This document shows positions 63,712 through 64,000 of a DNA stretch of 64,000 bases, piece by piece. The notes under the pieces are model-generated. The model ran no database searches, had not been told where the DNA came from, and saw only the letters and a program-made list of their open reading frames with translations. The stretch comes from Gammaproteobacteria bacterium (GTDB lineage: Bacteria; Pseudomonadota; Gammaproteobacteria; UBA4575), in contig CBDEUS010000002.1 in the NCBI GenBank assembly GCA_965243395.1, positions 896,001 through 960,000 of the forward strand, given 5' to 3'. Position numbers and translations under genes: made by a program. Each line of letters begins with the position of its first letter. The stretch's first letter is position 1.

Positions 63712-64000
63712 ATGTTTCAAAAAATATTTGGTAGTCGCAATCAGCGATTAGTCAAGCAATATAGTAAGGCAGTTAAAAAAATTAATGATCTTGAGTCTTC
63801 ATATAAGGCTTTAGATGATCAGGCATTAAAAAATAAAACTCTTGAGTTTCGTGAACAGTTAAAAAATGGCACGAGTCTCGAAGCTATCCTTCCAGATGCA
63901 TTTGCTACTGTTCGAGAAGCTGCAATTCGAACTTTGGGCATGCGTCATTTTGATGTGCAGTTAATAGGCGGCATGGTACTTAATGATGGCAAGATTGCTG
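63712..64000 (+). CDS. secA: Preprotein translocase ATPase SecA, 3'-truncated by window edge (absent from ORF track)
   Basis: My translation: [15 protein letters not shown]...[37 protein letters not shown]. Confidence 0.96.
   Translation, partial: MFQKIFGSRNQRLVKQYSKAVKKINDLESSYKALDDQALKNKTLEFREQLKNGTSLEAILPDAFATVREAAIRTLGMRHFDVQLIGGMVLNDGKIA

Overview
AT-rich core chromosome of a gammaproteobacterium. Gene order suggests a Chromatiales/Thiotrichales-like lineage (inference). In order: partial ALDH and malic enzyme; nth, a truncated RnfB-like ferredoxin and metG; apbC-LEA-dcd; a Cys/Met PLP lyase; mgtE; the ptsI-HPr-EIIA-rapZ-hprK-ptsN-hpf-rpoN-lptBAC-kdsC-yrbG block; mlaFEDCB-murA-hisG-(aroG)-hisD-hisC; degS; nif3; petABC-sspAB; gmhA-yraN-lpoA-rsmI; rnpB; the full dcw cluster (mraZ to ftsZ); lpxC; dciA; an M23 peptidase; and the start of secA. 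I saw no transposase, integrase, CRISPR array, tRNA or rRNA. The most interesting signals are non-coding. (1) The PLP-lyase gene is bracketed by two directly repeated ~30-bp imperfect palindromes with arm-spacer-arm geometry, suggesting a single-gene cassette. (2) A ~59-nt twin-hairpin element with CsrA-type GGA loops follows the stop codons of two unrelated genes 29 kb apart and shows a compensatory base change. (3) The 290-bp lpxC leader has iterated hairpins with AAUAG-like loops. (4) A ~120-bp MITE-like palindrome lies between hisD and hisC. All calls were made by eye from motifs and synteny; no database searches were run.
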